Shown: positions 8,296 to 18,524 of the stretch, one piece after another | Layout of the letters: each line of letters begins with the position of its first letter | Numbering within the stretch: position 1 is the stretch's first letter | Origin: Patescibacteria group bacterium | GTDB taxonomy: Bacteria > Patescibacteriota > Minisyncoccia > Phycocordibacterales > UBA9973 | Direction of reading: 5' to 3' | Assembly: GCA_028865035.1 (NCBI GenBank) | Contig: JAGWLB010000004.1 | Location: 1,294 to 65,293, forward strand | DNA: 64,000 bases | Notes under the pieces: generated by a model | Told to the model about the DNA's origin: nothing | Databases searched by the model: none | The model's input: the letters and a program-made list of their open reading frames with translations, nothing else | Program-made: the position numbers and the translations under genes

Positions 8296-9597
8296 CTATC
8301 TATTTTTCCATTCTGGTTCTTGTCGGCACAAAAGCTTAGTTTTGAGCTCTGGGTGGGCCATAATGGCCTCTACAGCGCGCTCTAAGCGTATTCCTTGTGA
8401 ACCTTTAAGTAAGACTGCATCTCCTTCTTTTATATATCCTTTAAGGAATTCTGCGGCCATTGTCGAAGTATCGAATATCTCTATCTTATTATCAGGATAA
8501 CCTTGATCAAAAGCTCCTTCAGCTATGTACTTTGCTCTAGGTCCTACTACTATAAGTAAATCAACTATAGGAAAAACTTTCTCCCCCACTTCACGATGAG
8601 CACTTTCGGTCATTTTCCCAAGCTCAAGCATATCACCCAAGACAGCTATCTTTCTTTTGCTTTTTATATCGGCGAGCACATTAATAGCAGCTTCCATAGC
8701 TACAGGTGAAGAGTTGTAAGTATCATCAATGATAATTGAATTATGAATACCTTCTATGTACGACAGACGGCCAGGAGGTGTTGTATACTCAGCAATTGCA
8801 TTTATAGACTGGAGTAAATCACAACCAATTTCGTGTGCAACCGCAATTGCTGCTAGGGCTTGGCCAATATAATGCATACCAATCAGATGAGGCAACATTA
8901 CTGGGAAAGTATTCCCATCATACTCTAACTTGAAGCTAATGCCTTCCGGTAAAGTTAAGTCGTTCTCATTTTTATATTTGTATGCCGGATAAGTAGCATG
9001 AAATGTAGAATTTTCATGAAATCCATATGATATAGTTTTACGATTTGCTTTCTCGTGAAGAGCATAGACTTTCTCATCATCATGATTTAAGACCAAAATA
9101 CCATCCGGCTTTAAAGCAAAAGCTAAATAACTTTTTTCTTCAATAATTTTATCTACGCTACCAAAGAATTCCACATGGACTGGTTTATCTGGAAAGCAAG
9201 TTATTACAACAATGTCTGGGGATAGCCAAGTGGTAACATTCTTAATGTCATTAGGCTTCCCTGCTCCGACTTCTAATATGAGCCACTCTGGATATGGTTG
9301 CTTTTTTAGAATCAAAATAAAGCTACGTATTATATTCTCAAACCATATTAATGGGTTGTTCCATCCATTCGGGCAACCTAATATCGTAAGAGGTAAACCT
9401 ATTTCGCTATTGTAACTTTTTTCACTTTTGCGAACGGTTTTAAATTTAGAAAGTATAGTAAAAATAGCATCCTTAGTAGAAGTCTTACCGACAGATCCGG
9501 TGATAGCTATGATTTTCGGATGGTAGCGTTTGAGGACTAGACGTGCTTGCCAAGTAATAATAGTAACGGTAATTTTTTTAAATGTTTTTTTAATCAT
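8296..9597 (-). CDS. murF: UDP-MurNAc-tripeptide--D-Ala-D-Ala ligase
   Basis: ITGSVGKTSTK, DDTYNSSP, LGDMLELG, LLKGSQG. Confidence 0.92.
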   Translation of the reverse strand: MIKKTFKKITVTIITWQARLVLKRYHPKIIAITGSVGKTSTKDAIFTILSKFKTVRKSEKSYNSEIGLPLTILGCPNGWNNPLIWFENIIRSFILILKKQPYPEWLILEVGAGKPNDIKNVTTWLSPDIVVITCFPDKPVHVEFFGSVDKIIEEKSYLAFALKPDGILVLNHDDEKVYALHEKANRKTISYGFHENSTFHATYPAYKYKNENDLTLPEGISFKLEYDGNTFPVMLPHLIGMHYIGQALAAIAVAHEIGCDLLQSINAIAEYTTPPGRLSYIEGIHNSIIIDDTYNSSPVAMEAAINVLADIKSKRKIAVLGDMLELGKMTESAHREVGEKVFPIVDLLIVVGPRAKYIAEGAFDQGYPDNKIEIFDTSTMAAEFLKGYIKEGDAVLLKGSQGIRLERAVEAIMAHPELKTKLLCRQEPEWKNR

Positions 9598-9599
9598 AA

Positions 9600-11312
9600 T
9601 TATCTATCTGGTGGAACATCGTAATAGTTCATAAGGAATTTAGTAATGTCGACAAATGGTCCGATGAGTGTCTCTGAAGAGTAATCTACATGTTTAGGAT
9701 TCTTTAGGAAAAGGAAAATTATAAATTTGGGATCATAAGCTGGAAAAAATCCAAAGAAAGAGTGAGTATGGCGGTCTGGGTAGTAACCTTTACCATTCTC
9801 CATAGCTATCTGAGCAGTTCCAGTCTTTGAACCAACACTGTAATGCGTAAATTTATACTTGCCATTGTAATAAGATTCAAAGACATGCACAAGCATACGA
9901 CTGATAGTCACAGATGTCTCCTTTTTTATTATACCTTGTTTTGTTATTGGATAGTCAATAGTTTTAGATGATCCATCATTGTAACGAATCTGCTTCACAA
10001 GATGCGGAGTTACTAAATTACCACCATTTATAATAGAAGAAAAAGCTCGTACTGCCTCTATGGGTGTAATAGCTATACCTTGACCGAAAGCAGCATCGGC
10101 ATACTCTATGTCGCGTGGACTCTCTAGATTCTTTATAAGGCCTGATGTTTCATTTGGTAAATCAATACCGGTCTTATCACCTAAACCATAAGCTTTCAGG
10201 TATGTACGCATATTATCATGCCCAAGTTTACCAGCAACAAAAACCATTCCAGTATTTAATGATTGATCTAAGACAGTCTGCATAGTTGCGAGACCACGAC
10301 CTTTTTTATCAAAGTTATAAATATCATGATTATTCACAGTTACTACACCTTTATCAAAGTAAGTTGTATCTGGTGTTAATAAATTCAGATCAAGTGCAGC
10401 TGCCATAACAAGAGGTTTAATTACTGATCCAAATTCAAATACATTTTCAATGTCTGGGTTTCTGTAATAATCAACGTTTGATACATTTCCGAAATCATTT
10501 AAATCAAAGTCAGGTAGTCCAGCTATTGCATATATCTCTCCGTTTTGTGGATTCATAATAATACCGCCGGCTTGATCTGCACTCCAAGTATTAAGAGCTC
10601 CAGACAACTCAGATTCTAGTATATGCTGAGTAGATGGCTCAATAGTTGTAACAATATCACCCTGTTTTACTTTATCACTTGAGATAGAATCACGTAAGTT
10701 TGAAAATACTTCAGCAAAAAAATTCACATCTTCCTGATTTTTAGGTTTAGATAAAACAGAGTCATAATAACGCTCTAAACCATACTGACCAACCTTATCG
10801 TTACCTTTATAAGCCAAGAATCCTAGTGTCTGTGATGCAAGTGTACCTCCTGGATAAAAACGCCAATTATCTTTATAAATAGATACGCCATGCAAATGTA
10901 AGCTATCGATTTGATCAGCTTGTTCTTTAGTCAAATGCGTAGCGATTTCTTCATATGGATCGTTAGGCTTTGATGCTCTATCAATAAAAGTGGTATGGTC
11001 TATTTTTATATATGGACTTAGTGCTGCATATATAGCTTCTTTGTCTACTATTTCATTTGGGTCTATAGCAAGCTTATATCCACTAGCGACAGTCCCAGCA
11101 GCGACAAGAGTATTATCTTTTTTTGAGAAAAAGATTGTTCCACGGTCAAAAATATTACCAGCAGGTGTAGCGTATTGTTTATCTGCACGCTCGGCATAAT
11201 AATTTTTATGTATTATCTGAACAAAAACAAGTTTTGTGATGAGTATACTAGAAAAGATGAATATGATTATCGAAATAAATCGTATTCTTGATTTGAACAA
11301 CGATGGTTTCAT
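9600..11312 (-). CDS. ftsI: class B penicillin-binding protein (FtsI-like)
   Basis: SVIK, SLN, KTG motifs; position in the mraZ-rsmH cluster. Confidence 0.85.
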   Translation of the reverse strand: MKPSLFKSRIRFISIIIFIFSSILITKLVFVQIIHKNYYAERADKQYATPAGNIFDRGTIFFSKKDNTLVAAGTVASGYKLAIDPNEIVDKEAIYAALSPYIKIDHTTFIDRASKPNDPYEEIATHLTKEQADQIDSLHLHGVSIYKDNWRFYPGGTLASQTLGFLAYKGNDKVGQYGLERYYDSVLSKPKNQEDVNFFAEVFSNLRDSISSDKVKQGDIVTTIEPSTQHILESELSGALNTWSADQAGGIIMNPQNGEIYAIAGLPDFDLNDFGNVSNVDYYRNPDIENVFEFGSVIKPLVMAAALDLNLLTPDTTYFDKGVVTVNNHDIYNFDKKGRGLATMQTVLDQSLNTGMVFVAGKLGHDNMRTYLKAYGLGDKTGIDLPNETSGLIKNLESPRDIEYADAAFGQGIAITPIEAVRAFSSIINGGNLVTPHLVKQIRYNDGSSKTIDYPITKQGIIKKETSVTISRMLVHVFESYYNGKYKFTHYSVGSKTGTAQIAMENGKGYYPDRHTHSFFGFFPAYDPKFIIFLFLKNPKHVDYSSETLIGPFVDITKFLMNYYDVPPDR

Positions 11313-11638
11313 TATCGTATCGCGACACTATCGGTGTTATTGCGAGTAATAAATATATTATTTTTCGCATCAACAAACCCTAAAGACATAGCGTAACTTT
11401 TATCAATTTTATTTGTACTATTCAAATAAGTGAGTTCCAGATTACTAACCTTAGAGCTGAGGGTTAATACAGTAGACTCTAAAGATTTACGGGCAAGAAT
11501 ATTAAAAGTAATAGCTCCAATTAAATACGCATAAACTATAGATAGAACAATAAGCATACTGACAAATACACGAAATATAACTTTTCGAGTATCTCTATCT
11601 TTTACAATTTCTATAGTTAATGTTTTTGCTTTATTCAT
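11312..11638 (-). CDS. FtsL-like single-pass coiled-coil protein
   Basis: TM + coiled coil + AMSLGF; between rsmH and ftsI. Confidence 0.65.
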   Translation of the reverse strand: MNKAKTLTIEIVKDRDTRKVIFRVFVSMLIVLSIVYAYLIGAITFNILARKSLESTVLTLSSKVSNLELTYLNSTNKIDKSYAMSLGFVDAKNNIFITRNNTDSVAIR

Positions 11639-12528
11639 ATCTTTTCTATTATTCTTAATTTTGCACTACGTGAACGTGTATTTTGATTAATTTCTAATGA
11701 TGTTGGTATAATTGGCTTTTTTGTAATAATGTTTGCATATCCTTTTTGCTTAAGTGAGATGAACGCTTTCTTTACAATACGATCTTCTAAACTATGAAAG
11801 GTAATAATAGCTATGCGTCCTCCTTTCGATAACTTTTCCCAGCCATTTTCGATAACTTTCTCTAGATTAGTAAGTTCAGCATTAGTAGCAATTCGTAGTG
11901 CTTGGAAAGTACGAGTAGATGGATGAATTTTCATATTTCGGTAAGCTTTGCCCACTGCTTTGTCAATAATGTCTACAAGATCAAAAGTTGTTTCAATTTT
12001 TTTCTCTTTTCTGGCTTCGACGATAGCTTTAGCAATCTTTCTAGAATACTTCTCTTCACCAAAACCATAGATAATGTCGGCTAGTGTTTTCTCTTCCCAG
12101 GTATTTACGATATCAAGAGCTGTTAAATCTTCATCATTAGGATTTTTCTTCATTGTCATTAAAAGTGGTTCATCTTTAAGGAAAGAAAATCCTCGCCCTG
12201 CGTCTTCTAATTGGAATGAACTTAAACCTAAATCAAGCAAGATTCGATCAACATATGTGATATGTAACTCATCTAAGACTTTACAGATATCTTGAAAGCC
12301 AACAGTCTTGAAAGTAATATCAGAAGACATATCAGCGATAAGATCTTTTGTCCTAGCAATAGCATCGGAATCAAAATCGAGAGCTATTATCTTCACACTT
12401 GAACCAAAACGCTTAATGATCTCAAGAGTATGACCTCCACCACCCAAAGTACCGTCAACTATAGTATCGCCTGGCTTAATCTGTAGACCATCGATTAATT
12501 CATCTTTAAGCACGGATATATGTGTCAT
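11635..12528 (-). CDS. rsmH: 16S rRNA C1402 N4-methyltransferase
   Basis: HISVL, DGTLGGGGH, DLGLSSFQL, FHSLEDRIVK, RSRSAKLR. Confidence 0.97.
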   Translation of the reverse strand: MTHISVLKDELIDGLQIKPGDTIVDGTLGGGGHTLEIIKRFGSSVKIIALDFDSDAIARTKDLIADMSSDITFKTVGFQDICKVLDELHITYVDRILLDLGLSSFQLEDAGRGFSFLKDEPLLMTMKKNPNDEDLTALDIVNTWEEKTLADIIYGFGEEKYSRKIAKAIVEARKEKKIETTFDLVDIIDKAVGKAYRNMKIHPSTRTFQALRIATNAELTNLEKVIENGWEKLSKGGRIAIITFHSLEDRIVKKAFISLKQKGYANIITKKPIIPTSLEINQNTRSRSAKLRIIEKI

Positions 12529-12529
12529 A

Positions 12530-12964
12530 TTAAAGAACTCCTATTTGCCCTAATTTATCAGCGAGGGCGTCAGCCTGTGTCTCTACAATCTTTTTGTAAT
12601 CATTCCATGCTTTCTCATTCCAGATTTCTACTCGGTTTTGAACTCCTATTACAGTCACCTTACTAGACAAGCCTGAACGATTCTTTAAATTTTCCGGGAT
12701 TAGTATTCGGCCACTTACATCTACATCTACAACGACAGCCTGACCAAACATAAATCTCGAGAAACTTCTATTATCTGTTGCTAGCATCGATGAATCAGAA
12801 AGCTTTTTTGATATTTTCTCCCATTCCTTTGCAGTAAAAATCGAGAGACAATTATCCAAGCCTGGTGCAACCACAACACTCTTCCCCATTTCTTTTCGGA
12901 ATTTGACTGGCAATGACATACGATTCTTGTCATCTAATGTGTGAGTGTATTCTCCGATGAGCAT
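12530..12964 (-). CDS. mraZ: transcriptional regulator MraZ; start moved to ATG 12964
   Basis: MLIGEYTHTLDDKNRMSLPVKFR, GRILIP, RVEIW. Confidence 0.95.
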   Translation of the reverse strand: MLIGEYTHTLDDKNRMSLPVKFRKEMGKSVVVAPGLDNCLSIFTAKEWEKISKKLSDSSMLATDNRSFSRFMFGQAVVVDVDVSGRILIPENLKNRSGLSSKVTVIGVQNRVEIWNEKAWNDYKKIVETQADALADKLGQIGVL

Positions 12965-12993
12965 AATATTTTTAGGGATGAAATTATTTACTT

Positions 12994-13059
12994 CCCACTT
13001 CATCCCACTGCATTTAATTATATACCACTCTGTCCCACAATACAAACACAATCCCCCAC
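12994..13059 (-). promoter_or_regulatory. MraZ-binding GTGG(G) repeats
   Basis: CCCAC/ACCAC on the + strand at 12994, 13004, 13024, 13034 and 13055 (10-bp phase). Confidence 0.85.
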
Positions 13060-13065
13060 TTTAAC

Positions 13066-13074
13066 TGTGGATAA
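13066..13074 (-). promoter_or_regulatory. consensus DnaA box upstream of mraZ
   Basis: TGTGGATAA = TTATCCACA on the minus strand. Confidence 0.6.
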
Positions 13075-13092
13075 CTAGAAAAATTATTTACT

Positions 13093-13326
13093 TTGACATT
13101 ATATTAAAAATATGCTACTATATGATTAGGTATAAAACAATTGTTCTTTCAAGAATAAATCTAGCTACTTAAAATATCTAGATTTAAAATTTCAATAAGG
13201 AGGTACTTGTGCCAAATAAAATTATTTAGGCATGTTACAAAACTTACTTCCCGATAAACACTGCCGTAATTGGAATTTTCAAAAAGAACACAGCACCCGT
13301 ATCCTTAAGGCTACGGGTGTTTTTTA
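13093..13326 (+). other. promoter-to-terminator unit without a long ORF (candidate sRNA, micro-ORF or decayed gene)
   Basis: TTGACA-17-TACTAT at 13093-13121; TAAGGAGGT at 13196; CACCCGTA..TACGGGTG + T tract at 13294-13326. Confidence 0.5.
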
Positions 13327-13404
13327 TTAAGCTTGCTAATTTTTCTACACTATTGTAAAATTCCACAAAATCAAATATTAATTATCTAAAATAAGGAGGT
13401 CAAA

Positions 13405-13656
13405 ATGAGGACAAAATTAGACATTAACCATCCTTACAAAAGATGGCTAATATCAAAGATACTTCAGGAATCAAAACTAAAACTAAACAATTTAGAAGAA
13501 AACGAAAAAGTTATGAATACTTTAAATGATGAAATTGATTGTTTCTTTCTAAAAGACCCACATCAATGCATCTTCTTTAAAGATTTTATAGATCAATTAG
13601 TAAAAATTGCTGATGAAGTAATTAAAAAAATAAATACACAGAAATGCAGTGTGTAA
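13405..13656 (+). CDS. hypothetical protein (orphan)
   Basis: Perfect SD TAAGGAGGT 4 nt upstream; hairpin 13661-13686 downstream. Confidence 0.7.
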   Translation: MRTKLDINHPYKRWLISKILQESKLKLNNLEENEKVMNTLNDEIDCFFLKDPHQCIFFKDFIDQLVKIADEVIKKINTQKCSV

Positions 13657-13686
13657 ATTTAAAAATCGCCTTAAAAAGCGATTTTT

Positions 13687-15144
13687 TTATTCTCTGGGTT
13701 TCATTAATGGAAATAGTTGTGTTTCTCTAATTGGTTTATCTACCATAAAAGAAAATAGTCTCTCTCCAAATCCAAATCCACAAGTTGGTGGCATACCATG
13801 CTCAAGCATTTCGACGAATTCCCATTCAGGTTGCATTGCTTCCTCGTCACCTTTATCAATGAGTTTCTGTTGTAATTCAAAACGAGCACGTTGATCAATA
13901 GGATCATTGAGTTCTGAGAATCCATTACCTACTTCACTTCCAGCAATAATTATTTGAAATCTCTCTGTTAATTCTGGATTATCAGTACAAGATTTAGAAA
14001 GTGGCGATACAAGTTTAGGGTGATGAACCAAAAACACAGGTCCAGCAATATTCTTACGGCAATACTTCCAAAGTGTATCCATTAATCTTTCACGATTATC
14101 TCCTTCATATTTTACATCAAGTTCATCTAGCTTACTTTTCATATCTTGATCTGATGATCTTAATACATCTATACCTGTTTGTCTCAGAACTTCTGTTTGA
14201 TAATCAACAATAGGCCAATCGCTACCAAGATCAAAAGTATGGCCACGTGTTGAAAAAACGGTTGTCCCAAAAACTTCTTTTGCAATAGTCTGGTATAAAT
14301 CTTGGGTTAACTTCATACCATCTTTATAATTCGCATATGCCCAATAGAATTCCATATTAGTAAACTCTTGTATATGATCTGCGCTTGTACCTTCATTCCT
14401 ATAAGCGCGACCGATTTCAAATGTTTTTGGAAAACCTGCGGCCATAAGACGCTTTTGCCATAATTCTCCTATTGAAATACGTAAAAATATATCAATATCA
14501 AAGTCTTTATGATAAGTCTTAAAAGGATTAGCTTCTGCCCCACCGGTAGTAATCTCAAGTGTAGGTGTCTCAACTTCTAAGAATCCGTGATCTTTCATAA
14601 AAGATCTTGTTACTTCCCAGAAGCGTGATTTTTTAATAAAAAGATCTTGAAGTTCTGATGTTGTAAGAATATCTAAATATCTTTTTCTGAAACGTTCTTC
14701 TATGTCTTGTAATCCGTGCCATTTATCTGGTAAGGGAGCAAGTGCTTTAGTTAATATTCTCCAATTTTTAACAAGGATAGTTTTTTCGTTTGTTTTAGTC
14801 AAGAATAAAGTTCCAGTGACTTCAATAAAATCTGCATTATCTATTGTCTGAGTGAAAAGTGAAAATAGATTATCATCTAACTCTCCTTTTTTGACTAATG
14901 CTTGGAAAGTACCTGTACCATCAGTAAAATTAAAAAACATTATTGCTCCTTGTCCGCGTATAATCATAATGCGACCAGAAAGTGTAACACTTTGAGATGA
15001 TTCAGAAAGTAAAGGAAAACCAGTAACAGCTTCGCTTATAGTATGTGTACGAAACGATGAAGAAGAGAATGGGTTCATTCCAGCTTCTTTTAACTTTTCA
15101 ATTTTTGCAATTCTAGTTTGCTTTAATTCTTCTAGTGAGGCCAT
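13687..15144 (-). CDS. lysS: lysine--tRNA ligase (class II)
   Basis: GGAEANPFKT, FEIGRAYRNEG, NGFSELNDP, GMPPTCGFGFG. Confidence 0.97.
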   Translation of the reverse strand: MASLEELKQTRIAKIEKLKEAGMNPFSSSSFRTHTISEAVTGFPLLSESSQSVTLSGRIMIIRGQGAIMFFNFTDGTGTFQALVKKGELDDNLFSLFTQTIDNADFIEVTGTLFLTKTNEKTILVKNWRILTKALAPLPDKWHGLQDIEERFRKRYLDILTTSELQDLFIKKSRFWEVTRSFMKDHGFLEVETPTLEITTGGAEANPFKTYHKDFDIDIFLRISIGELWQKRLMAAGFPKTFEIGRAYRNEGTSADHIQEFTNMEFYWAYANYKDGMKLTQDLYQTIAKEVFGTTVFSTRGHTFDLGSDWPIVDYQTEVLRQTGIDVLRSSDQDMKSKLDELDVKYEGDNRERLMDTLWKYCRKNIAGPVFLVHHPKLVSPLSKSCTDNPELTERFQIIIAGSEVGNGFSELNDPIDQRARFELQQKLIDKGDEEAMQPEWEFVEMLEHGMPPTCGFGFGERLFSFMVDKPIRETQLFPLMKPRE

Positions 15145-15149
15145 ATCTT

Positions 15150-15614
15150 CTATTGTATATCAACAATAGTGTATTTGACTAGTCCTTTAGGTGTACTAAT
15201 AGATACAACATCATTTTTAGTCTTACCAAAAAGTGCTTCTCCAAGTGGTGATTTATTTGAAATTTTATTCTTTGTCATATCTGCTTCTTCAGATCCTACA
15301 ATACTGTATGACACTGTATCTTTTGAATGTTCTTTTTTTACGATTACTGTCGTGCCTATTTCTACTTTATTACTATGATGCTTTTTTACAACTACAGCCG
15401 ACTGCAACATATACTCTATCTGATTTATACGATCTTCAGTCTTACCTTGATCTTCACGAGCTTGATGGTATTCAGCATTCTCAGAAAGATCCCCTAAGGC
15501 TTTAGCGGCCTCTAAAGACTCTAATATTTCTTTACGTTTAACGGTTTTTAGATTATTAAGTTCTACTATTAATGCTTGTTTTTTTTCTTCTGTTATATAA
15601 TGTATTTCATCCAT
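15150..15614 (-). CDS. greA: transcription elongation factor GreA
   Basis: GDLSENAEYHQAR, ISNKSPLGEAL. Confidence 0.97.
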   Translation of the reverse strand: MDEIHYITEEKKQALIVELNNLKTVKRKEILESLEAAKALGDLSENAEYHQAREDQGKTEDRINQIEYMLQSAVVVKKHHSNKVEIGTTVIVKKEHSKDTVSYSIVGSEEADMTKNKISNKSPLGEALFGKTKNDVVSISTPKGLVKYTIVDIQ

Positions 15615-15655
15615 AATCGCTATAGTATATAGACTTTTAATGAATAAGTCAAAGG

Positions 15656-17353
15656 TTATTTAAAGTATTCTGGTGTATTTGCTGTCATATAATCTATAAC
15701 TTCACTCATAACTCTCGTTGCGTTACCAGAAGCTGCTTTTGGACCTTTCTCCATTAAAATAGCGAATGAATATCTAGGGTGATCATATGGGAAAAATCCA
15801 ACAATCCAAGAGTTAGTATTCGTATTGCCGTAGCCTATCTGAGCAGTACCAGACTTGGCTGCTACTTTTACTGTAGGTAGATCAAGGGCTCTAGCAGTTC
15901 CTTCTATGACAACATCACGCATAGCATTCTGGATGATTTTAAGATAATCGGGATTTAAGTTAATATTTGTCTTTTTTGCTTCCATTTCTTTGTCCCCTAA
16001 TCTTATGTGTGGAGTAGGAATTATGCCATTATTTGCAATTCCTGCTACAGCTCTAACCATCTGTATGGGTGTGACTTGAAATCCATATTGACCAATCGAG
16101 GTATTGTAAGTGTCACCAACTCTCCACTCTTCTCCATTAAAGGTTTTGGCTTTCCATTCTGGTGTTGGGATAATACCATTTTTTTCTCCACCAAGATCTA
16201 TTCCTGTTTTTGCAGCAATCCCGAACAAGCTAACATATTTATCAATATTATCTATACCTAATCCTTTTTGATCTTGGAAACCTCCTCCTACTTCATAAAA
16301 ATAAACATCAGATGAAACTGTAATAGCTTTGGTCATATCTATATATCCAAATGAACCGTGGTCTTTAAAAATTGTTTTCATATCTGGGAAAAATGGATTA
16401 GGTATTGAGATAGAACCATTTGCTAAGATCTTTTTTAATGGATCAATAACATTCTCTGCAAGTGCTCCATAAGCGATGAATGGTTTGATGATCGAACCTG
16501 GAGTATAAAGACCAGAAACAGCACGATTTAAAAACACCTTTCTTTTATCAGAAAAATATTCATTAATTGTTTTTGTATCCTGACCAGAAGAAAGAATCGT
16601 AGAATTGTATTCTGGGTAACTTGTTAAGGCTATTAGCTCTCCTGTTTTAATATCCATTAAAGCACCGGCTCCACCAGAGAAAGAAACATCTTTGGCCATA
16701 GATTCGATGTAGTTATACATTGCTTTTTCTATACGTGAATCTATAGAGAGCTTAATATCTTCACCAGCTTTTGGTAATGAAACTGTATTTTCAGATTGAA
16801 TCTGACCACGAACATCTGTCTCTGTTATGCGTACACCATTTACTCCAGTAAGTTGATCGTTGTAGTATTTTTCCACACCATCTTTTCCTATGAAAGTATC
16901 TTGCCAATAATTACCTGACGAATCACGAGACGGTGAGCTTGTATAACCTAGTAAAAGACCAAAACCAGGATCAGCAATATATGTCCTTTGCGGTGCTGAA
17001 AATTTATTAATATCATTCTTATCCCAAGTATTCCAAGCCAATAGAACATTATCCCTATCATAAATTAATCCCCTGTCTGCAAAGATAGGTTGCTCAGATA
17101 AAGTATTATTTTCACTTTTTTTATAAAAAGCTTCACCACGGATAATTTGTAAATCACTTAATTTAAATATAAATACAAAAGCAGTAAAAATAAAAAATGC
17201 TCCTAGGAAAAAGATAGAGCTTTTAGGGATTGCCTTTTCTAGTCTTCCTTCAAACTGTTGAGTATTAAAATTAGGTAAATTCTTAGAATCAAGGAAAATT
17301 TCATCCAGATCAATCTCCTGTTTTATCTTTTTTTTATTAATTTTAAATTTCAT
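15656..17353 (-). CDS. mrdA: penicillin-binding protein 2 (class B)
   Basis: LNRAVSGLYTPGSIIK, SSDVYFY, KSGTAQ. Confidence 0.85.
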   Translation of the reverse strand: MKFKINKKKIKQEIDLDEIFLDSKNLPNFNTQQFEGRLEKAIPKSSIFFLGAFFIFTAFVFIFKLSDLQIIRGEAFYKKSENNTLSEQPIFADRGLIYDRDNVLLAWNTWDKNDINKFSAPQRTYIADPGFGLLLGYTSSPSRDSSGNYWQDTFIGKDGVEKYYNDQLTGVNGVRITETDVRGQIQSENTVSLPKAGEDIKLSIDSRIEKAMYNYIESMAKDVSFSGGAGALMDIKTGELIALTSYPEYNSTILSSGQDTKTINEYFSDKRKVFLNRAVSGLYTPGSIIKPFIAYGALAENVIDPLKKILANGSISIPNPFFPDMKTIFKDHGSFGYIDMTKAITVSSDVYFYEVGGGFQDQKGLGIDNIDKYVSLFGIAAKTGIDLGGEKNGIIPTPEWKAKTFNGEEWRVGDTYNTSIGQYGFQVTPIQMVRAVAGIANNGIIPTPHIRLGDKEMEAKKTNINLNPDYLKIIQNAMRDVVIEGTARALDLPTVKVAAKSGTAQIGYGNTNTNSWIVGFFPYDHPRYSFAILMEKGPKAASGNATRVMSEVIDYMTANTPEYFK

Positions 17354-17612
17354 TTTTATATATAATTATATATCTGCGAAGTGTCTGAATACCTGTATAG
17401 ACCAAGCCAACAGCTAAAAAATACCAAATGGGTGAAGATATAAATCGATGTCCAGGTATAGAGTATAGTGAATATATAATAATCCACATTAATATAAATT
17501 CATAAAACTGCTTGAATATAAATATACCTATAAATACTATAATCGTGGATATCCACCAAGGCATAGTAAACACAGAAATAAAAAGCAATAAATCAAAAAT
17601 AACTCGCTTCAT
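17343..17612 (-). CDS. small membrane protein
   Basis: Hydrophobic 89 aa; overlaps the PBP2 start; TTGTCA-17-TATAAT-7-ATG. Confidence 0.7.
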   Translation of the reverse strand: MKRVIFDLLLFISVFTMPWWISTIIVFIGIFIFKQFYEFILMWIIIYSLYSIPGHRFISSPIWYFLAVGLVYTGIQTLRRYIIIYKNEI

Positions 17613-17654
17613 AAAGACAATTATACTTTATAATATCGATATTGACAAACACTG

Positions 17655-18476
17655 CTATATGTTTCTTATTTTTCTGTAAATATATCGTAGAATAATAAAC
17701 AAAATGAATGCGCCTAAACCATAGAAGATTAATTTATTCCCAAAAATGAATTCTAAAACTGAAAGGAAGAAAAGTTTTACATAAGCAATGGGTTCTTGTG
17801 TTGCATCTAATGCTTTCGAATTATTTATGGTTTTTGATTTCTTTGGATCATTAAGTATCTTAATTTCATTTTGAGTAGCTGTACTGGCGTCTTTTATTTT
17901 AATATAGGTATCACTTCTTAATCCATCTATTGTATTAATTTTATCTGATACTTTTGAAGAAATATTTGTAGGAATAATATTATCTAATCCTGCAGTCGCA
18001 GCCTTAATCTGATTTTTAATAATTTCAGCACTAGAAATTGGTACGCCATCGACTTTTTCGATAGTCACAGGAATAAATTTATGATCTTGCATTGTCTGAC
18101 TAACGCTTACTGAAGTTGGTTCGTTCTTACCACTTATGCTGGTAGTAGATGACACTATTTGAGCAGATATAATATGATCTCCTGATGTTACTTGCCAAGA
18201 AATATAAACGTCTTTTAATTCTGATGGTAAGACTGTAACATCACGTGTACCTAAAATCGTACTTTTGTCATAAAATTCAACTTTTACAGAAAGACTTTCG
18301 CTACCGCCATTCCAAACTGCTGTATGTATTTTTACATTATCATTCTGATTAAGGGTTTCTTTTGAATACCAAATAGGTCCTGGTATAAATCCAGTAGTAG
18401 GCACAACACTAGCATAAGATACAGATGAGCAAAGAGTAAGAAAACAAACAAATGCTATGAATAAATATTTTTTCAT
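17655..18476 (-). CDS. exported protein with Ig/CARDB-like N-domain and C-terminal membrane anchor
   Basis: Signal peptide, beta-rich VKVEFYD..ISWQVTSGDH, C-terminal TM. Confidence 0.7.
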   Translation of the reverse strand: MKKYLFIAFVCFLTLCSSVSYASVVPTTGFIPGPIWYSKETLNQNDNVKIHTAVWNGGSESLSVKVEFYDKSTILGTRDVTVLPSELKDVYISWQVTSGDHIISAQIVSSTTSISGKNEPTSVSVSQTMQDHKFIPVTIEKVDGVPISSAEIIKNQIKAATAGLDNIIPTNISSKVSDKINTIDGLRSDTYIKIKDASTATQNEIKILNDPKKSKTINNSKALDATQEPIAYVKLFFLSVLEFIFGNKLIFYGLGAFILFIILRYIYRKIRNI

Positions 18477-18524
18477 TTTATAAATGTATAAAAATTAATG
18501 ATAGTGTCATTTATTAAAAATAAA

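Noticed and set aside
8042-8500. 152-aa plus-strand ORF
   Set aside because: Antisense to the murF 3' end and an orphan cassette; no recognisable features.
12965-13051. N-terminal extension of MraZ
   Set aside because: It covers the promoter and MraZ boxes; the family start is MLIGEY at 12964.
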